A stretch of 64,000 nucleotides of DNA from a virus, in IMG/VR virus record IMGVR_UViG_3300031823_000004, positions 1 through 64,000 of that record; one strand, written 5' to 3'. Position numbers and translations under genes: made by a program. The notes under the pieces are model-generated. The model ran no database searches and was not told the origin of the DNA. It was given only the letters and a program-made list of their open reading frames with translations. This document shows, piece after piece, positions 1 to 9,803 of this stretch. Each line of letters begins with the position of its first letter. Within the stretch, counting starts at the first letter, position 1.

Positions 1-4
1 CGGC

Positions 5-586
5 ATGGTCACCGAGGGGGCCCATCTGCCAGCCCTGGCCTACTATCTGCGCTGGACGATGTACCTCAAAACCGATCCGGACCTTGCGGATCTCAAAGCC
101 CGCGGCTATCCGTGGAAAGACGTCAGTGACCGGTATGCCGGGCACGAGGTTGTCGGTTTCCCGACCCGGCTGCCGATCGCCGAACTGATGGGCGATGCCG
201 TCACCCTTGCCGGTGAGGCCTCGATTGAGGACCAGTACAAATGGGTGCGTCTGCTGGAACGGTTCTGGCTGGGCGCACCGGCAGCAGGCAATCAGGTCAG
301 CTATACGCTGAAGTACGATGCGTCGAAAACGTCCTATCTCGACTTCATGGCGGCGGTGCTGGAGTGGCAGCCCAAGGTGCGCTGCTGCGCGGTGATGCCG
401 CAGGACGACTGGCGGGCATCGGAACGGCAATACGGCTACGTCCCGGAACAGCCGATCACGCGCGAGGAGTACGACGCGCTGATAGCGTCGATCGCCCAGC
501 CGGTTGCGCGCGAGGGGTATGACGCGGACGCTTTGGCGTGTGAGTCGGGCGCCTGTCCGGTCGAGCCGGACATAAACCGTCCGTAA
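5..586 (+). CDS. nrdJ: Class II (B12-dependent, monomeric RTPR-type) ribonucleotide reductase, C-terminal part; 5' end lies outside the window
   Basis: NQVSYT motif, YGYVPEQPITREEY and the C-terminal redox pair CESGACP typical of monomeric class II RNR; frame open from the window edge. Confidence 0.85.
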   Translation: MVTEGAHLPALAYYLRWTMYLKTDPDLADLKARGYPWKDVSDRYAGHEVVGFPTRLPIAELMGDAVTLAGEASIEDQYKWVRLLERFWLGAPAAGNQVSYTLKYDASKTSYLDFMAAVLEWQPKVRCCAVMPQDDWRASERQYGYVPEQPITREEYDALIASIAQPVAREGYDADALACESGACPVEPDINRP

Positions 587-596
587 AAAATAGCTG

Positions 597-625
597 TTGA
601 CTGCAACGGCACAACAAGCTATACA
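597..625 (+). promoter_or_regulatory. Sigma70-type promoter of the tRNA-like gene; spacer contains the 14-bp motif GCAACGGCACAACA
   Basis: TTGACT(597-602)-N17-TATACA(620-625), 7 nt before the tRNA 5' end. Confidence 0.75.
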
Positions 626-632
626 CCGCCAT

Positions 633-706
633 GCCTAAGTAGCTCACCGGTAGAGCACCGCTGCGGAACATAGCGGGGGAAGGACGTTCGATTCGTCCCT
701 TGGGCA
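633..706 (+). tRNA. tRNA or tRNA-like RNA, Phe(GAA)-like, with a non-canonical 9-nt anticodon loop
   Basis: Acceptor GCCTAAG/CTTGGGC + A73; D arm GCTC/GAGC; anticodon stem CCGCT/AGCGG with loop GCGGAACAT; T arm GGACG-TTCGATT-CGTCC; followed by CCT rather than CCA. Confidence 0.8.
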
Positions 707-707
707 C

Positions 708-760
708 CTACCCCCTATCGCCGCGGCAAGGTTTGTCCTGTGCGGGGTAGGGGTCTTTTT
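708..760 (+). terminator. Probable intrinsic terminator after the tRNA
   Basis: CTACCCC...GGGGTAG inverted repeat followed by TCTTTTT. Confidence 0.5.
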
Positions 761-802
761 CCTCCCTGCGCCTCTGGGGTTCTATGGGGCCGGATAGAAC
801 GC

Positions 803-2941
803 ATGATCAGTCATGTCGGCCGTCGCGCTGTTGCAGCCAGGACGGTAGTTTCCAAGCCAAACGATCCAACTCCACCGCAAACCGGCTTCGGCCTGTTCAG
901 GGCGGCTGTCTCCGAACAGTGGCTGCGCATGAGCACGCGCGGGCTGTACCGCACCAAGGTGGACACGGACCTGCTGTGGAACACCTATCTGGCCAGCTTC
1001 CCGGCTGGCAGCAACCCGGTCTACCGGACGCGCACGGAGCACGACTGCGGCTGTTGCCGCCGGTTCATCCGGACAGTCGGCAGCGCGGTGACGGTCATCG
1101 ACGGCAAGCTGGTCAGCATCTGGGATACCGACATCGCAGGCGCTTACGGCACTGTCGCGGCTGCTATGTCCGCACTGGTCAAGTCGTATCCGATCGACAA
1201 CCGGCTCCTGCGTACCGAGGCGAAAGTCGGTACCGACAGGAGTTACGAAGGCGACGACGTTGCATCCCTGAAGACGTGGGAGCATTTCTGCGTTCACCTG
1301 CCCAACAGCCTGGTGTGCAACCGCAAGGACATCGGCAAGAAAATGTCGGTTGCACGTGCCCAGCATGACGTGCTCCTGCGTGCTCTGGCGGGCAGCCCAG
1401 CGGTTGGCGATACGCCAGCGTCAGCGCCGATCGGGCTGGATACGCTTGATTCCGTGCTGGAGATCATCGACCAGGGCTCGCTTTATCGCGGCAAAGAGCA
1501 TCGGCCTGCCGTCGACAAGTTCCGCGCCCTGAAGCGGGAGTTCGATCGTCTGCCGCCGGAAGACCGTGATGCTTTCGTGTGGTTCTGGATGGAAGACGTG
1601 CCGGGGTCCGTCACCATGATCCGCAACACGGCGATCGGCACACTGCTGGTCGATCTGGCCGAGGGCGAGGATCTGGAGTCGGCGGTCCGAAAGTTCGAAG
1701 TGTCGGTTATGGCGCCAGCAAACTACAAGCGGCCGACGGCGCTGGTGACCAAGGCGATGGCCGATCGTGCCAGGACGACAGTGCAGGAACTCGGCCTGAC
1801 GTCGGCACTCCAGCGCCGCTACGCCACCCTGGCGGACGTGTCGGTCAACAATGTGCTGTTTGCCGATCGCAGTGCGCGGAAGGCTATGGCTGGCGACGTG
1901 TTCAGCGAGATCGCAACGCCGTCCGCGGTAAAGCCCAAGGCGTTCGACAGGGTTGAAGAGATCGGCGTCGACAAGTTCCTGGCCGATGTCCTGCCGCGCG
2001 CCACGTCGCTGGAAATCCTGGTGGAAAACCGGCTCGCCGGTAATTTCGTCAGCCTGACCGCTCCGGTGGATGCCAAGGCTCCGCTGATGTTCAAATGGGG
2101 CAACGCGTTCTCGTGGTCCTATACGGGCGATCTGGCGGACTCGTCGGTGAAGCAGCGGGTGAAGCGCGCTGGTGGCATAGTCGACGCTGAACTGTGCTGC
2201 CGTCTGGGGTGGTTCAACACTGACGACCTGGACCTGCACATGACGGAGCAGGGCGGTTACGAACTCTACTACGGCACCAAGCACAGCACGTCGCCCAGTG
2301 GCGGCCGTCTGGACGTGGATATGAACATCGGCGGCGAGACGCGCGAGCCGGTCGAGAATATCTTTTACAGTAACGTCAACCGCATGCGGGAGGGTCTGTA
2401 CTCGCTATTCGTGCATTGCTTTACGCAACGCGACTCGAAGGACGTCGGTTTCGAGTGCGAGATCGACTTCAAGGGCAACGTGCGCCGTTTTGTCTATGAC
2501 AAGATGGTGCGCTGGCATGAGAAAATCGTCGTGGCCGACTTTCGCTACACGCGTGCCAACGGGATCGAGTACATCACGTCCCTGCCGTCCACGTCAGCGT
2601 CACGCAAGGTGTGGAACGTCGATACCGAGGCTTTCCACCGGGTCAACGTGGTCATGCTGTCGCCGAACCACTGGGATGGAGAGCGCGGTGTCGGCAACCG
2701 GCACACGTTTTTCATGCTGGCGGACTGCCTGAACGACGGCACGGCCAGGGGGTTCTATAACGAGAACCTGCGGCCGGAACTCGATCAGCACCGCAAGGCG
2801 CTCGAAATGGTCGGCTCCAGGATGCGTACGGAAGAGTCACAGGATCAGTTGTCCGGCCTGGGCTTTTCCGACACGCAGCGCAACCATATCGTCGTTCGCG
2901 TCACCGGTGCGGTGACGAGGACACTGCGGGTTGCGTTCTGA
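803..2941 (+). CDS. Large conserved phage protein of unknown function with a C-terminal YfaP/DUF2135-like segment (start uncertain)
   Basis: LWNTYLASFP..RTEHDCGCCRRFI near the N-terminus; DLDLH...GGRLDVD...VENI motif; long ORF with phage-like codon bias. Confidence 0.7.
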   Translation: MISHVGRRAVAARTVVSKPNDPTPPQTGFGLFRAAVSEQWLRMSTRGLYRTKVDTDLLWNTYLASFPAGSNPVYRTRTEHDCGCCRRFIRTVGSAVTVIDGKLVSIWDTDIAGAYGTVAAAMSALVKSYPIDNRLLRTEAKVGTDRSYEGDDVASLKTWEHFCVHLPNSLVCNRKDIGKKMSVARAQHDVLLRALAGSPAVGDTPASAPIGLDTLDSVLEIIDQGSLYRGKEHRPAVDKFRALKREFDRLPPEDRDAFVWFWMEDVPGSVTMIRNTAIGTLLVDLAEGEDLESAVRKFEVSVMAPANYKRPTALVTKAMADRARTTVQELGLTSALQRRYATLADVSVNNVLFADRSARKAMAGDVFSEIATPSAVKPKAFDRVEEIGVDKFLADVLPRATSLEILVENRLAGNFVSLTAPVDAKAPLMFKWGNAFSWSYTGDLADSSVKQRVKRAGGIVDAELCCRLGWFNTDDLDLHMTEQGGYELYYGTKHSTSPSGGRLDVDMNIGGETREPVENIFYSNVNRMREGLYSLFVHCFTQRDSKDVGFECEIDFKGNVRRFVYDKMVRWHEKIVVADFRYTRANGIEYITSLPSTSASRKVWNVDTEAFHRVNVVMLSPNHWDGERGVGNRHTFFMLADCLNDGTARGFYNENLRPELDQHRKALEMVGSRMRTEESQDQLSGLGFSDTQRNHIVVRVTGAVTRTLRVAF

Positions 2942-3258
2942 TGGCTCGCGTTGGGATACCGGAGGATCTGGAACACGACCCGTCGTACGAGCGGCAGCGG
3001 TTGGTGGCCAGGTATCTTCTCGGGATCGCTCTTAACCGGCTGCCGCGGGAGCGCCCAGCGCGAAGACTGTTTGAACGGGCGCAACCGCCGACGCGTGATG
3101 AACTGATAGCTGTCGCTTTGCGGGAGGGGATTGTCGAGTACACACCCTGGCATCACGCGCCGTGCTGTCCGTCCAACGACTGGTCGCACGCAATGCTTCC
3201 GGAAGGCCCTTGTAACTGCGGTGCTGAATACCGCAAACATCGACTGAAAGATCGATAA
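2941..3258 (+). CDS. Hypothetical protein with C-terminal HxxxC...CxC metal-binding motif
   Basis: TGATG coupling to the upstream gene; HHAPCC...CNCG. Confidence 0.5.
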   Translation: MARVGIPEDLEHDPSYERQRLVARYLLGIALNRLPRERPARRLFERAQPPTRDELIAVALREGIVEYTPWHHAPCCPSNDWSHAMLPEGPCNCGAEYRKHRLKDR

Positions 3259-3277
3259 CCCAGAAAGGAACACCACT

Positions 3278-3670
3278 ATGTCTGAAATGTTCGAAGAGGC
3301 TACCCGTCTGCATCTGCGCTTTCTGACCGCGAGCGGATCGCTGTCTGTCGAAGACCTGTGGGATCTTCCGCTGAAGCGTCCTTCGCATACGGACCTGAAT
3401 ACGGTGGCCCGTACGCTGGACCAGCAACTGAAGCGCGATACGGTCTCGTTTGTTGACGATGACGACAAGATTGACCCGCGTCAGCAACTGGCTTTCGAGA
3501 TCGTGAAGCATGTCATTGCGGTGAAAAAGGCCGAACAGAAGGCAGCTTTGGAAGCCCGCGACAAGGCGGCGATGAAGCAGAAGCTGCGCGCGGTGCTTGC
3601 CCGCAAGCAGGACGAAAAGCTGGAAAGCATGTCCGCCGAGGATATCGAGGCGGCTATCGCTGCGCTGTGA
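3278..3670 (+). CDS. Conserved phage coiled-coil protein, usual partner of the 803-2941 family
   Basis: AAGGA RBS; MFEEATR..LRF...LSVEDLWDLPL signature. Confidence 0.75.
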   Translation: MSEMFEEATRLHLRFLTASGSLSVEDLWDLPLKRPSHTDLNTVARTLDQQLKRDTVSFVDDDDKIDPRQQLAFEIVKHVIAVKKAEQKAALEARDKAAMKQKLRAVLARKQDEKLESMSAEDIEAAIAAL

Positions 3671-4986
3671 CAGCGACAGACTACCGGCACCAGGAGACGG
3701 CGGCGGCGTTCCTTTCGGAGCGCCGTTTTGCCTATCTGGCCGATGAACCGGGCTTGGGCAAAACCCGGTCCGTTGTCCTGGCGGCCGATCGCCTGAAGAT
3801 CCGGCGCATCCTGGTGGCATGTCCAGGCGCTGTCCGGCGTGTCTGGGAAGCCGAGTTTGAACTGTGGCAGTCGATCGACCGGCAGATTGTGGTCGAGGAA
3901 GGCCGCCTGTCCGTGCCGCCGGGACGCTACGTGACGACCGTCGTCTCGCATGCAGCGCTAAGCCATCCGACGTCGATGGCGTACCTCTGTGCTGGCGCAC
4001 CGTATGACCTGCTGGTCGTTGACGAGGCGCACGAGTACCGGCGTTTCGATGCGGCGCGCACCAAGCTGCTGTTTGGCGCAGGCGGCCTCGCCGGGCTGGC
4101 CAGCCGCGTCTGGCTGGTGTCCGGCACGCCGGTGATCAATTCGGCAGGCGATCTCTACCCCCTGGTGTACGGCGCTCTGCGCTCGCCTATCGGGTGGATG
4201 GACTTTTGCTCGCATTACTGCGAGATGCGGCCCGACACCTTTTCCGGCGTCAAGCCGGTCGGCGTGCGCAACACGGCGGAACTCGCCGACGGGCTGCGGC
4301 CGCATCTGCTGCGGCGTACGATCGCCTCGCTTGGGATCAAGCTGCCGCCGCTGACGATCGAGCGCAGTGTCCTGCCGGTGAACCCGGTCGAAGTAGCCCA
4401 GGCGATGGCCGGGCTGGAGGACTGGACACCGCAACGCCTGGTGCTGGCGCTGGCCGATACGGACGAGTTGCGCGATGCGGCGATAGCCCGGGTGCGGCGC
4501 GCTCTGGGCATCGCCAAGGCACCGGCTGCGGCTGCGTATATCGAGTGGCTGCTGCATCTGGGCGAGGGGCCCGTCGTGGCGTTTTTCCAGCACACGGACG
4601 TCAGGAAAGAGGTGTACGCCCGGCTGCACTGGGTCGGCCGGCGCGTGTCCTGGATCGACGGCACAGTAACCAAGATACAGTTGCAGGCGGCGCAGGATTG
4701 GTTCCGCGCCGGACGGCTCGACGTGCTGTTGGTGCAAACCCAGGCTGGCGGCCAGGGGCTGACGCTGACCCGGTCGCACCGCGGAGTGATGATCGAACTG
4801 CCGTGGACGTCAACCGCAGTGGAACAGGCAGTGAAAAGGATCCACCGGATATCCCAGACAGTCGCCTGTGCCGCCGACATATTGCTCGCGAAAGACTGCT
4901 GGCTCGACGACGTGCTGGCGATGGTGGTGGAGCGAAAGCGGCGCGCTGGCGACGAATTGCTGGCACTGCTAACTTCTAATGCCTAG
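3667..4986 (+). CDS. SNF2-family (SF2) helicase
   Basis: LADEPGLGKT (motif I), VVDEAH (II), SGTP (III), GGQGLTLT and QAVKRIHRISQ (V/VI); GTGA overlap with upstream stop. Confidence 0.9.
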   Translation: MTATDYRHQETAAAFLSERRFAYLADEPGLGKTRSVVLAADRLKIRRILVACPGAVRRVWEAEFELWQSIDRQIVVEEGRLSVPPGRYVTTVVSHAALSHPTSMAYLCAGAPYDLLVVDEAHEYRRFDAARTKLLFGAGGLAGLASRVWLVSGTPVINSAGDLYPLVYGALRSPIGWMDFCSHYCEMRPDTFSGVKPVGVRNTAELADGLRPHLLRRTIASLGIKLPPLTIERSVLPVNPVEVAQAMAGLEDWTPQRLVLALADTDELRDAAIARVRRALGIAKAPAAAAYIEWLLHLGEGPVVAFFQHTDVRKEVYARLHWVGRRVSWIDGTVTKIQLQAAQDWFRAGRLDVLLVQTQAGGQGLTLTRSHRGVMIELPWTSTAVEQAVKRIHRISQTVACAADILLAKDCWLDDVLAMVVERKRRAGDELLALLTSNA

Positions 4987-5001
4987 CGACACATTTTCAT
5001 C

Positions 5002-5030
5002 TTGCGCGGCATTGCACCGGGATGTAGCGT
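5002..5030 (+). promoter_or_regulatory. Probable sigma70-type promoter
   Basis: TTGCGC-N17-TAGCGT in the intergenic gap before 5076. Confidence 0.5.
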
Positions 5031-5075
5031 GCCCTCTCCGACCTGATCCAGACACCTGAAAGGACTCGACCGGCT

Positions 5076-5864
5076 ATGAAACTTACTGTGGAAGTCAACC
5101 TTCAGTCCGACGTGAACATGATCGCTGTGCAGGAGTGGCTGAACTGGGGCCGTCGGCTGGACGCGGGGCTTCCGGTGACCATCACCGAAACGACAAGCGT
5201 TGGCGACTTATCGCACACCCAGTCGGTGCATTACGGCCAGTCGCAATCAAATCAGGAAGATACGGGAAACACCGGCGGTGACGAGACCGGTGGCGAGGTG
5301 CATCCGTCCGGCGGCGCCGTGCCGCCCGGGATGACCGCGCCTGGTGCCGATGCCGCTGCTGCTGCTGCTGCTGCTGCCACCAGGCCGAAACGCGGCCGCA
5401 GGCCATCGGCAGCCACCGCGGCGGCACAGGCAGCCGCAACCGGTGGCGGCAACGGTGCGACACCGCCAGCGGCGGCAGCGCCCACCATGCAGGCGTCACC
5501 CCCGCCGCAAGGCTTCGCAGTACCCCCCGGTATGGCCGTGCCGCCCGGCATGGGCCAGCCGCAGCCCCAGCCGCAGGCACAACCGCAGCCGCAGATGCAG
5601 GCGGCGATGCCCAACCCTGGCGCAGCCCAGCCGGACCCGAACGGCGGCATGGCGCTGGAGGACTTCCGGGCCGAGGCGCTGAAGGTCTGGAATACGGCGA
5701 AGAACGTCAACAAGCCGAACGCTTATGCCTTCAACATGGCGCGGCGGGAAGGCACGTGGCCGGACGGTTCGCTGAAGCAGTGGCACACCATGTCGCTCGA
5801 CGAGGTGCCAGCCACGGAGCGGCAAAAGCTGCTGGACTATTGCATGTACGAATTGCAGCGGTGA
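5076..5864 (+). CDS. Hypothetical protein with Ala/Pro/Gln-rich low-complexity linker
   Basis: AAGGA RBS; poly-Ala and PQ repeats between two small globular-looking ends. Confidence 0.7.
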   Translation: MKLTVEVNLQSDVNMIAVQEWLNWGRRLDAGLPVTITETTSVGDLSHTQSVHYGQSQSNQEDTGNTGGDETGGEVHPSGGAVPPGMTAPGADAAAAAAAAATRPKRGRRPSAATAAAQAAATGGGNGATPPAAAAPTMQASPPPQGFAVPPGMAVPPGMGQPQPQPQAQPQPQMQAAMPNPGAAQPDPNGGMALEDFRAEALKVWNTAKNVNKPNAYAFNMARREGTWPDGSLKQWHTMSLDEVPATERQKLLDYCMYELQR

Positions 5865-5968
5865 GCAAGCCTTGCCGCTGGTGGTGGAGGTGGTTTTGCC
5901 GGGCACCCCATAGCCCGGTTTACCACTCCTGGCAGTGCAGCAACTGCAAGCGAATCACTTGTGACTAG
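5861..5968 (+). CDS. 35-aa Cys/Trp-rich peptide (below the ORF track cut-off)
   Basis: GTGA overlap; MSKPCRWWWRWFC...WQCSNCKRITCD fills the gap between genes. Confidence 0.4.
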   Translation: MSKPCRWWWRWFCRAPHSPVYHSWQCSNCKRITCD

Positions 5969-5980
5969 GGGCGATAAAAG

Positions 5981-6256
5981 GTGACCCCTGAAGACCGTAC
6001 ACTGTTCCACGAGTTGCTGCTTGTCGAACGAGACGCCATGAAATCTGTTATCAGGGCATGGCGTTTCGATCGGCGCAGCGACGCGGTTACATTCGTACGG
6101 GACAAGCAGAAACAGCTAGACCGGGTGAACAGCGCGCTGAAACGGCTGGCGCTTGCTGTCGAGTTCGGCGACGAGCGACCGCCGCCAGCTTATAGCAAGC
6201 ATTTTGTGGCTTGGCTTAAGTGCTGCATAGTGGGAAACAGAGGGAAGGAAAGCTGA
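5981..6256 (+). CDS. Hypothetical protein
   Basis: Fills the operon; TGATG coupling to the next gene. Confidence 0.55.
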   Translation: MTPEDRTLFHELLLVERDAMKSVIRAWRFDRRSDAVTFVRDKQKQLDRVNSALKRLALAVEFGDERPPPAYSKHFVAWLKCCIVGNRGKES

Positions 6257-7272
6257 TGACCAAGCCCATCATCTGCATTGATTTTGATGGCGTGATACAC
6301 TCGTACGAAAAAGGATGGCACGACGGCGTCATTTACGGCACGGTCGTTCCCGGCTTTTTCGAATGGATCGAGCGTGCCAGGGATCACTTCAGGCTGATGG
6401 TCTACTCGTCGCGGTCGAAGACAGAGGACGGCGTCATGTCCATGTCCCTCTGGCTGCACCGCCAGCGCAATGCCTGGATCAAGGCGGGCGGCCAGCGCAA
6501 TCCGACTGAACCGCTTGAACTGGAATTTGCGCACGAGAAACCGGCAGCCTTCCTGACGATCGACGACCGCGGCCTCCAGTTCCGCGGCGACTGGTCGGCG
6601 TGGTGGATCGAGCCGGACGTGCTGCTGAAGTTCAAGCCGTGGAACGTCGATGGGCACGAAAGTCGCTGCGATCCGCGGCCGTGGTCGGATCGCGCGCTGG
6701 ACAAGCTGGCCGAATTTCGCGCACTGCTGATCGAAGCGCCAGCGGATGGCGATTTGTCTGTTGCGAATGAGCTATACGTTTTGCATCGCAACGCTGTATC
6801 TCGCGCACACGGACTGTCGGAAGGCTATACGCCGAGGACATTCCGCGAAGCGCTAGCGGATGTCATCAACACGTACAATATGGAAAACGGCAGTAATACG
6901 CCTGATTTCATCCTGGCCACGTACCTTAACCACTGTTTAACCGGGTTCGACGCAACCGTAGCAGCGCGCGACAAATGGTACGAGCAGCACCGCAAAGAGG
7001 ACATCGCATTATCCGTCGACAAGGATCTGCTTGACGCGACGCTGAAGGTGTTCGGCGGCTCCCCGGCTGCACCGCCGACCACGGAGCGGGACGAGCAACT
7101 GCGTAAGGCGTTGTCTGTTGCACTGGGCATGCTGCATCAGCATGAACCGCCTGACAGCCGCGCTGTATCCAGCGAGTTCGTGGCGCTCGCCGCAGTCGAG
7201 TGCGGTATCGACAACGGCGCCTCACGGGCTGTTATCGACGCGGCATTCGACAAGATGAAAGAGCGTAAATGA
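6256..7272 (+). CDS. HAD-superfamily phosphatase/nucleotidase-like domain fused to further small phage domains
   Basis: [12 protein letters not shown] (motif I), YSSR (II), KP...IDDR (III/IV); later [15 protein letters not shown] module. Confidence 0.75.
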   Translation: MTKPIICIDFDGVIHSYEKGWHDGVIYGTVVPGFFEWIERARDHFRLMVYSSRSKTEDGVMSMSLWLHRQRNAWIKAGGQRNPTEPLELEFAHEKPAAFLTIDDRGLQFRGDWSAWWIEPDVLLKFKPWNVDGHESRCDPRPWSDRALDKLAEFRALLIEAPADGDLSVANELYVLHRNAVSRAHGLSEGYTPRTFREALADVINTYNMENGSNTPDFILATYLNHCLTGFDATVAARDKWYEQHRKEDIALSVDKDLLDATLKVFGGSPAAPPTTERDEQLRKALSVALGMLHQHEPPDSRAVSSEFVALAAVECGIDNGASRAVIDAAFDKMKERK

Positions 7273-8675
7273 ACCCGATTCAGCAAAAGGTGTTCGCCGA
7301 CCTGATCGCCACGCTTCCAGTCGACCGGTTCGGCAACCGGGATGCGCTGTTCCGGCCATCGTCGATCGACCGCGTCATCGGTTGTGTGGGCTCGACCGCC
7401 CTGTGCGCCAGGATCCCGAAAGTACCCCAGCGCAGCACGCCGGCACAACTGGAGGGCAGTGCGGCACACAAAATGGCCGAAGAGGCGCTGAAGGGTATCC
7501 GCCAGCCGGTAGAGTACGCGGACCGGCAGATACGACTGAACGACATTGACGGATGGTTCGTCGACGAAGAAATGGTAAATGGTGTTGAGGCCTATGTTGC
7601 CGAAGTGTACGACGGCATGGAGCCAGGTGCGGAATTGTTTGTCGAAGAAAAGCTGTCGCTTGCCCAACTCGATCCGTCCGATCCACTGTTTGGGGAGAAC
7701 CGCGGCACCGGCGATGCGGTTATCCTGAACCGGAAGCGGCGCCGGGTTTCGATCAAGGATCTCAAGTACGGCAAAGGTGTGATGGTGCCGGGCGACGCGC
7801 CGCAGTTGAAAAACTATGCGCTGCTGGCGCTGGTGCGGTTTGGCTTCGACTGGGATGAAGTGGAGACCTGTGTCGTCCAGCCGCGCGCCTTCCGTGAAGC
7901 TGAACGCGTGAAGTCCGTCATATTCCATCCGATGGACCTGATGAACGAGTTCCTGCCGCTCCTGGCAGGCGCCATGCACGCGGCACTCAATCCCAACGCA
8001 CCACTGACACCCAGCGAGAAAAACTGCATGTGGTGCCCGGCAAGAGACCTGTGCCCAGCGGTGCGGGATCAGGCGCTGCATCTGGCTCGCGACGCTTTCG
8101 CGCATGCAGCCACGCATACCGCGTCGTCGCCGCAGGTCGTCACGCCCGCCGTCATGGTCGGCACCGTGGAAAACCCCAATCCGAAAGCCACCGGGAATGC
8201 AGCCGTGCTGCCGTCACCGCTCGCGCTCGACCCGGCCGACATCGCCACCTTGCTCGACCGGTTCGACACTTACGACATGTTCGTCAAGGCAGTGAAAGCC
8301 AGGGCAGCACAGATGCTGCAAGCCGGGATCAATATCCCGGGCTGGACGATGGAGTCGCGCGCCGGTAACCGCCGGTACAAGACGTTCGACACGATCCCGG
8401 ACGTGTTCCAGGCGCTGGGGGCGAAGGCGCCCGACATCCAAAGCCTGCTGCGTGCTCTTGGGGTGCAGACAGCGGAGATGTTCACCGATCCAAAAATCAA
8501 GTCACCGGCGCAGATCGAGAAACTGATCAAGAAAAAGGAATTGCGCGGGCTGATCGAGGAATTGGTCGAGCGTCCGATGGGCGAGCCACAGTTAATGCGT
8601 GCCGATCCAAATTCGACAAGACAACCCTTGCAACCCGCGCTCGGACCGTACAAAATAGGTCAGCCGAACGCATAG
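7269..8675 (+). CDS. DUF2800-type PD-(D/E)XK (Cas4-like) exonuclease
   Basis: PSS...[32 protein letters not shown]...CP; adjacent to DUF2815 SSB and PolA. Confidence 0.85.
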   Translation: MNPIQQKVFADLIATLPVDRFGNRDALFRPSSIDRVIGCVGSTALCARIPKVPQRSTPAQLEGSAAHKMAEEALKGIRQPVEYADRQIRLNDIDGWFVDEEMVNGVEAYVAEVYDGMEPGAELFVEEKLSLAQLDPSDPLFGENRGTGDAVILNRKRRRVSIKDLKYGKGVMVPGDAPQLKNYALLALVRFGFDWDEVETCVVQPRAFREAERVKSVIFHPMDLMNEFLPLLAGAMHAALNPNAPLTPSEKNCMWCPARDLCPAVRDQALHLARDAFAHAATHTASSPQVVTPAVMVGTVENPNPKATGNAAVLPSPLALDPADIATLLDRFDTYDMFVKAVKARAAQMLQAGINIPGWTMESRAGNRRYKTFDTIPDVFQALGAKAPDIQSLLRALGVQTAEMFTDPKIKSPAQIEKLIKKKELRGLIEELVERPMGEPQLMRADPNSTRQPLQPALGPYKIGQPNA

Positions 8676-8741
8676 TGAGGCATCCGAACATAACCGAACG
8701 TACCTGATACCACAACCGACCACACCCGAAAGAACAGCCAC

Positions 8742-9803
8742 ATGTCGCAGACACAGTCCACTCTCCAAGACCCCTTCCTGCTGTCCGAAGGCGCCAAGAT
8801 ACCCGCACAACAGGGGCCTCTCGTCGTCAACCCGCAGTTCGGCAACATCCGCATGGTCACGCCTGTTGCGCGTGGCTCGTACTGCACGGTGGACACCCCA
8901 CGCGTCATTCCCGGATCGAACGACAAGACGCCACGCTATTCGGTGACGCTGATCCTGAACCCGGCTGCCTGCACCGACCTTTACACCGCCATCTGCATGG
9001 TCGCCGATGCGCGTTGGCCGATCGAACAGCGGCCCGACTACCGCAACCCGCAGCAACTCGTCAACGTGTCCGGCAAGGATCTGCTGTTCTGGCCGAAGGA
9101 GTTCGGCGGCCTGCACTACCCCTTGCGCGACGGTAATGCACTCTATGTGCAGGACATGAAAAAGAACGAGGTGTACCGGGGTGCGTTCACCCTGAACTCG
9201 TCGCTGTCCTCGGTTTCGGCGAAGGGTTCCCCGCAAAAGCCGGTGCTGATCGACGAAAACGGTCAGGCAGCCGATCCGCGGCTGTTCTACTCGGGCTGCT
9301 ATGTGCGTGCGCAGATCACCCTTGGCGCCTTCCCGCGCCAGGGCCAGCAGATCCCGAACCGCGGCATTTCGGTGACCCTGAACTCGTTGCAGTTCATCTC
9401 GCATGGACCGAAGCTGGCCGGTTTCGACGGACTCGGCGCGGCACAGGCAGCGTTTGGTGCGGCCGGACCGGCGGCCAAGTCCGGCTATACACCGGAGCCC
9501 GGCTTTGGGCCCAACACGGCGACTCCTGGCTCCGTTCCGCCCGGCACGCCGTACGGCTTCGCCGCACCTCCGCAGCAGCCCGCCGGCGGTCAGCCAGCTT
9601 ATGCGCCACAGGCGCAGCCGCAGGCACCCCAGCAGCCCGGTTATGCACCACAGCAGCCCGGATATGCGCCGCAGCAGCCTGGATATCCGCAGGGGCAGCC
9701 CGCTTATGTGCCGCAGGGCCAGCCGCAGCAACAGCCGGTCTACCCGCAACAGCAGGGGCAGCCGCAGCAGCCGGGTTATGGCGCCCGCCCTCCGGGGGCC
9801 TGA
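8742..9803 (+). CDS. DUF2815-type (T7 gp2.5-like) ssDNA-binding protein with Q/P/G/Y-rich tail
   Basis: RGSY, YSVTLI, PLRDG, FYSGCYVRA, NRGISVTLNSLQF motifs; synteny. Confidence 0.85.
   Translation: MSQTQSTLQDPFLLSEGAKIPAQQGPLVVNPQFGNIRMVTPVARGSYCTVDTPRVIPGSNDKTPRYSVTLILNPAACTDLYTAICMVADARWPIEQRPDYRNPQQLVNVSGKDLLFWPKEFGGLHYPLRDGNALYVQDMKKNEVYRGAFTLNSSLSSVSAKGSPQKPVLIDENGQAADPRLFYSGCYVRAQITLGAFPRQGQQIPNRGISVTLNSLQFISHGPKLAGFDGLGAAQAAFGAAGPAAKSGYTPEPGFGPNTATPGSVPPGTPYGFAAPPQQPAGGQPAYAPQAQPQAPQQPGYAPQQPGYAPQQPGYPQGQPAYVPQGQPQQQPVYPQQQGQPQQPGYGARPPGA
9630..9686 (+). repeat. 21-bp tandem repeat encoding (QQPGYAP)n
   Basis: cagcagcccggttatgcacca / cagcagcccggatatgcgccg / cagcagcctggatat. Confidence 0.8.

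Noticed and set aside
740-802. ORF-track start at GTG 740
   Set aside because: Lies inside the terminator hairpin after the tRNA with no RBS; a later start is more plausible
5348-5378. (GCT)n microsatellite as a phase-variation switch
   Set aside because: Triplet repeat encoding poly-Ala in a low-complexity linker; length change would not shift frame
7269-8675. Cas4-like nuclease as sign of a CRISPR system
   Set aside because: No repeat-spacer array or other cas genes; DUF2800-DUF2815-PolA is a standard phage replication module
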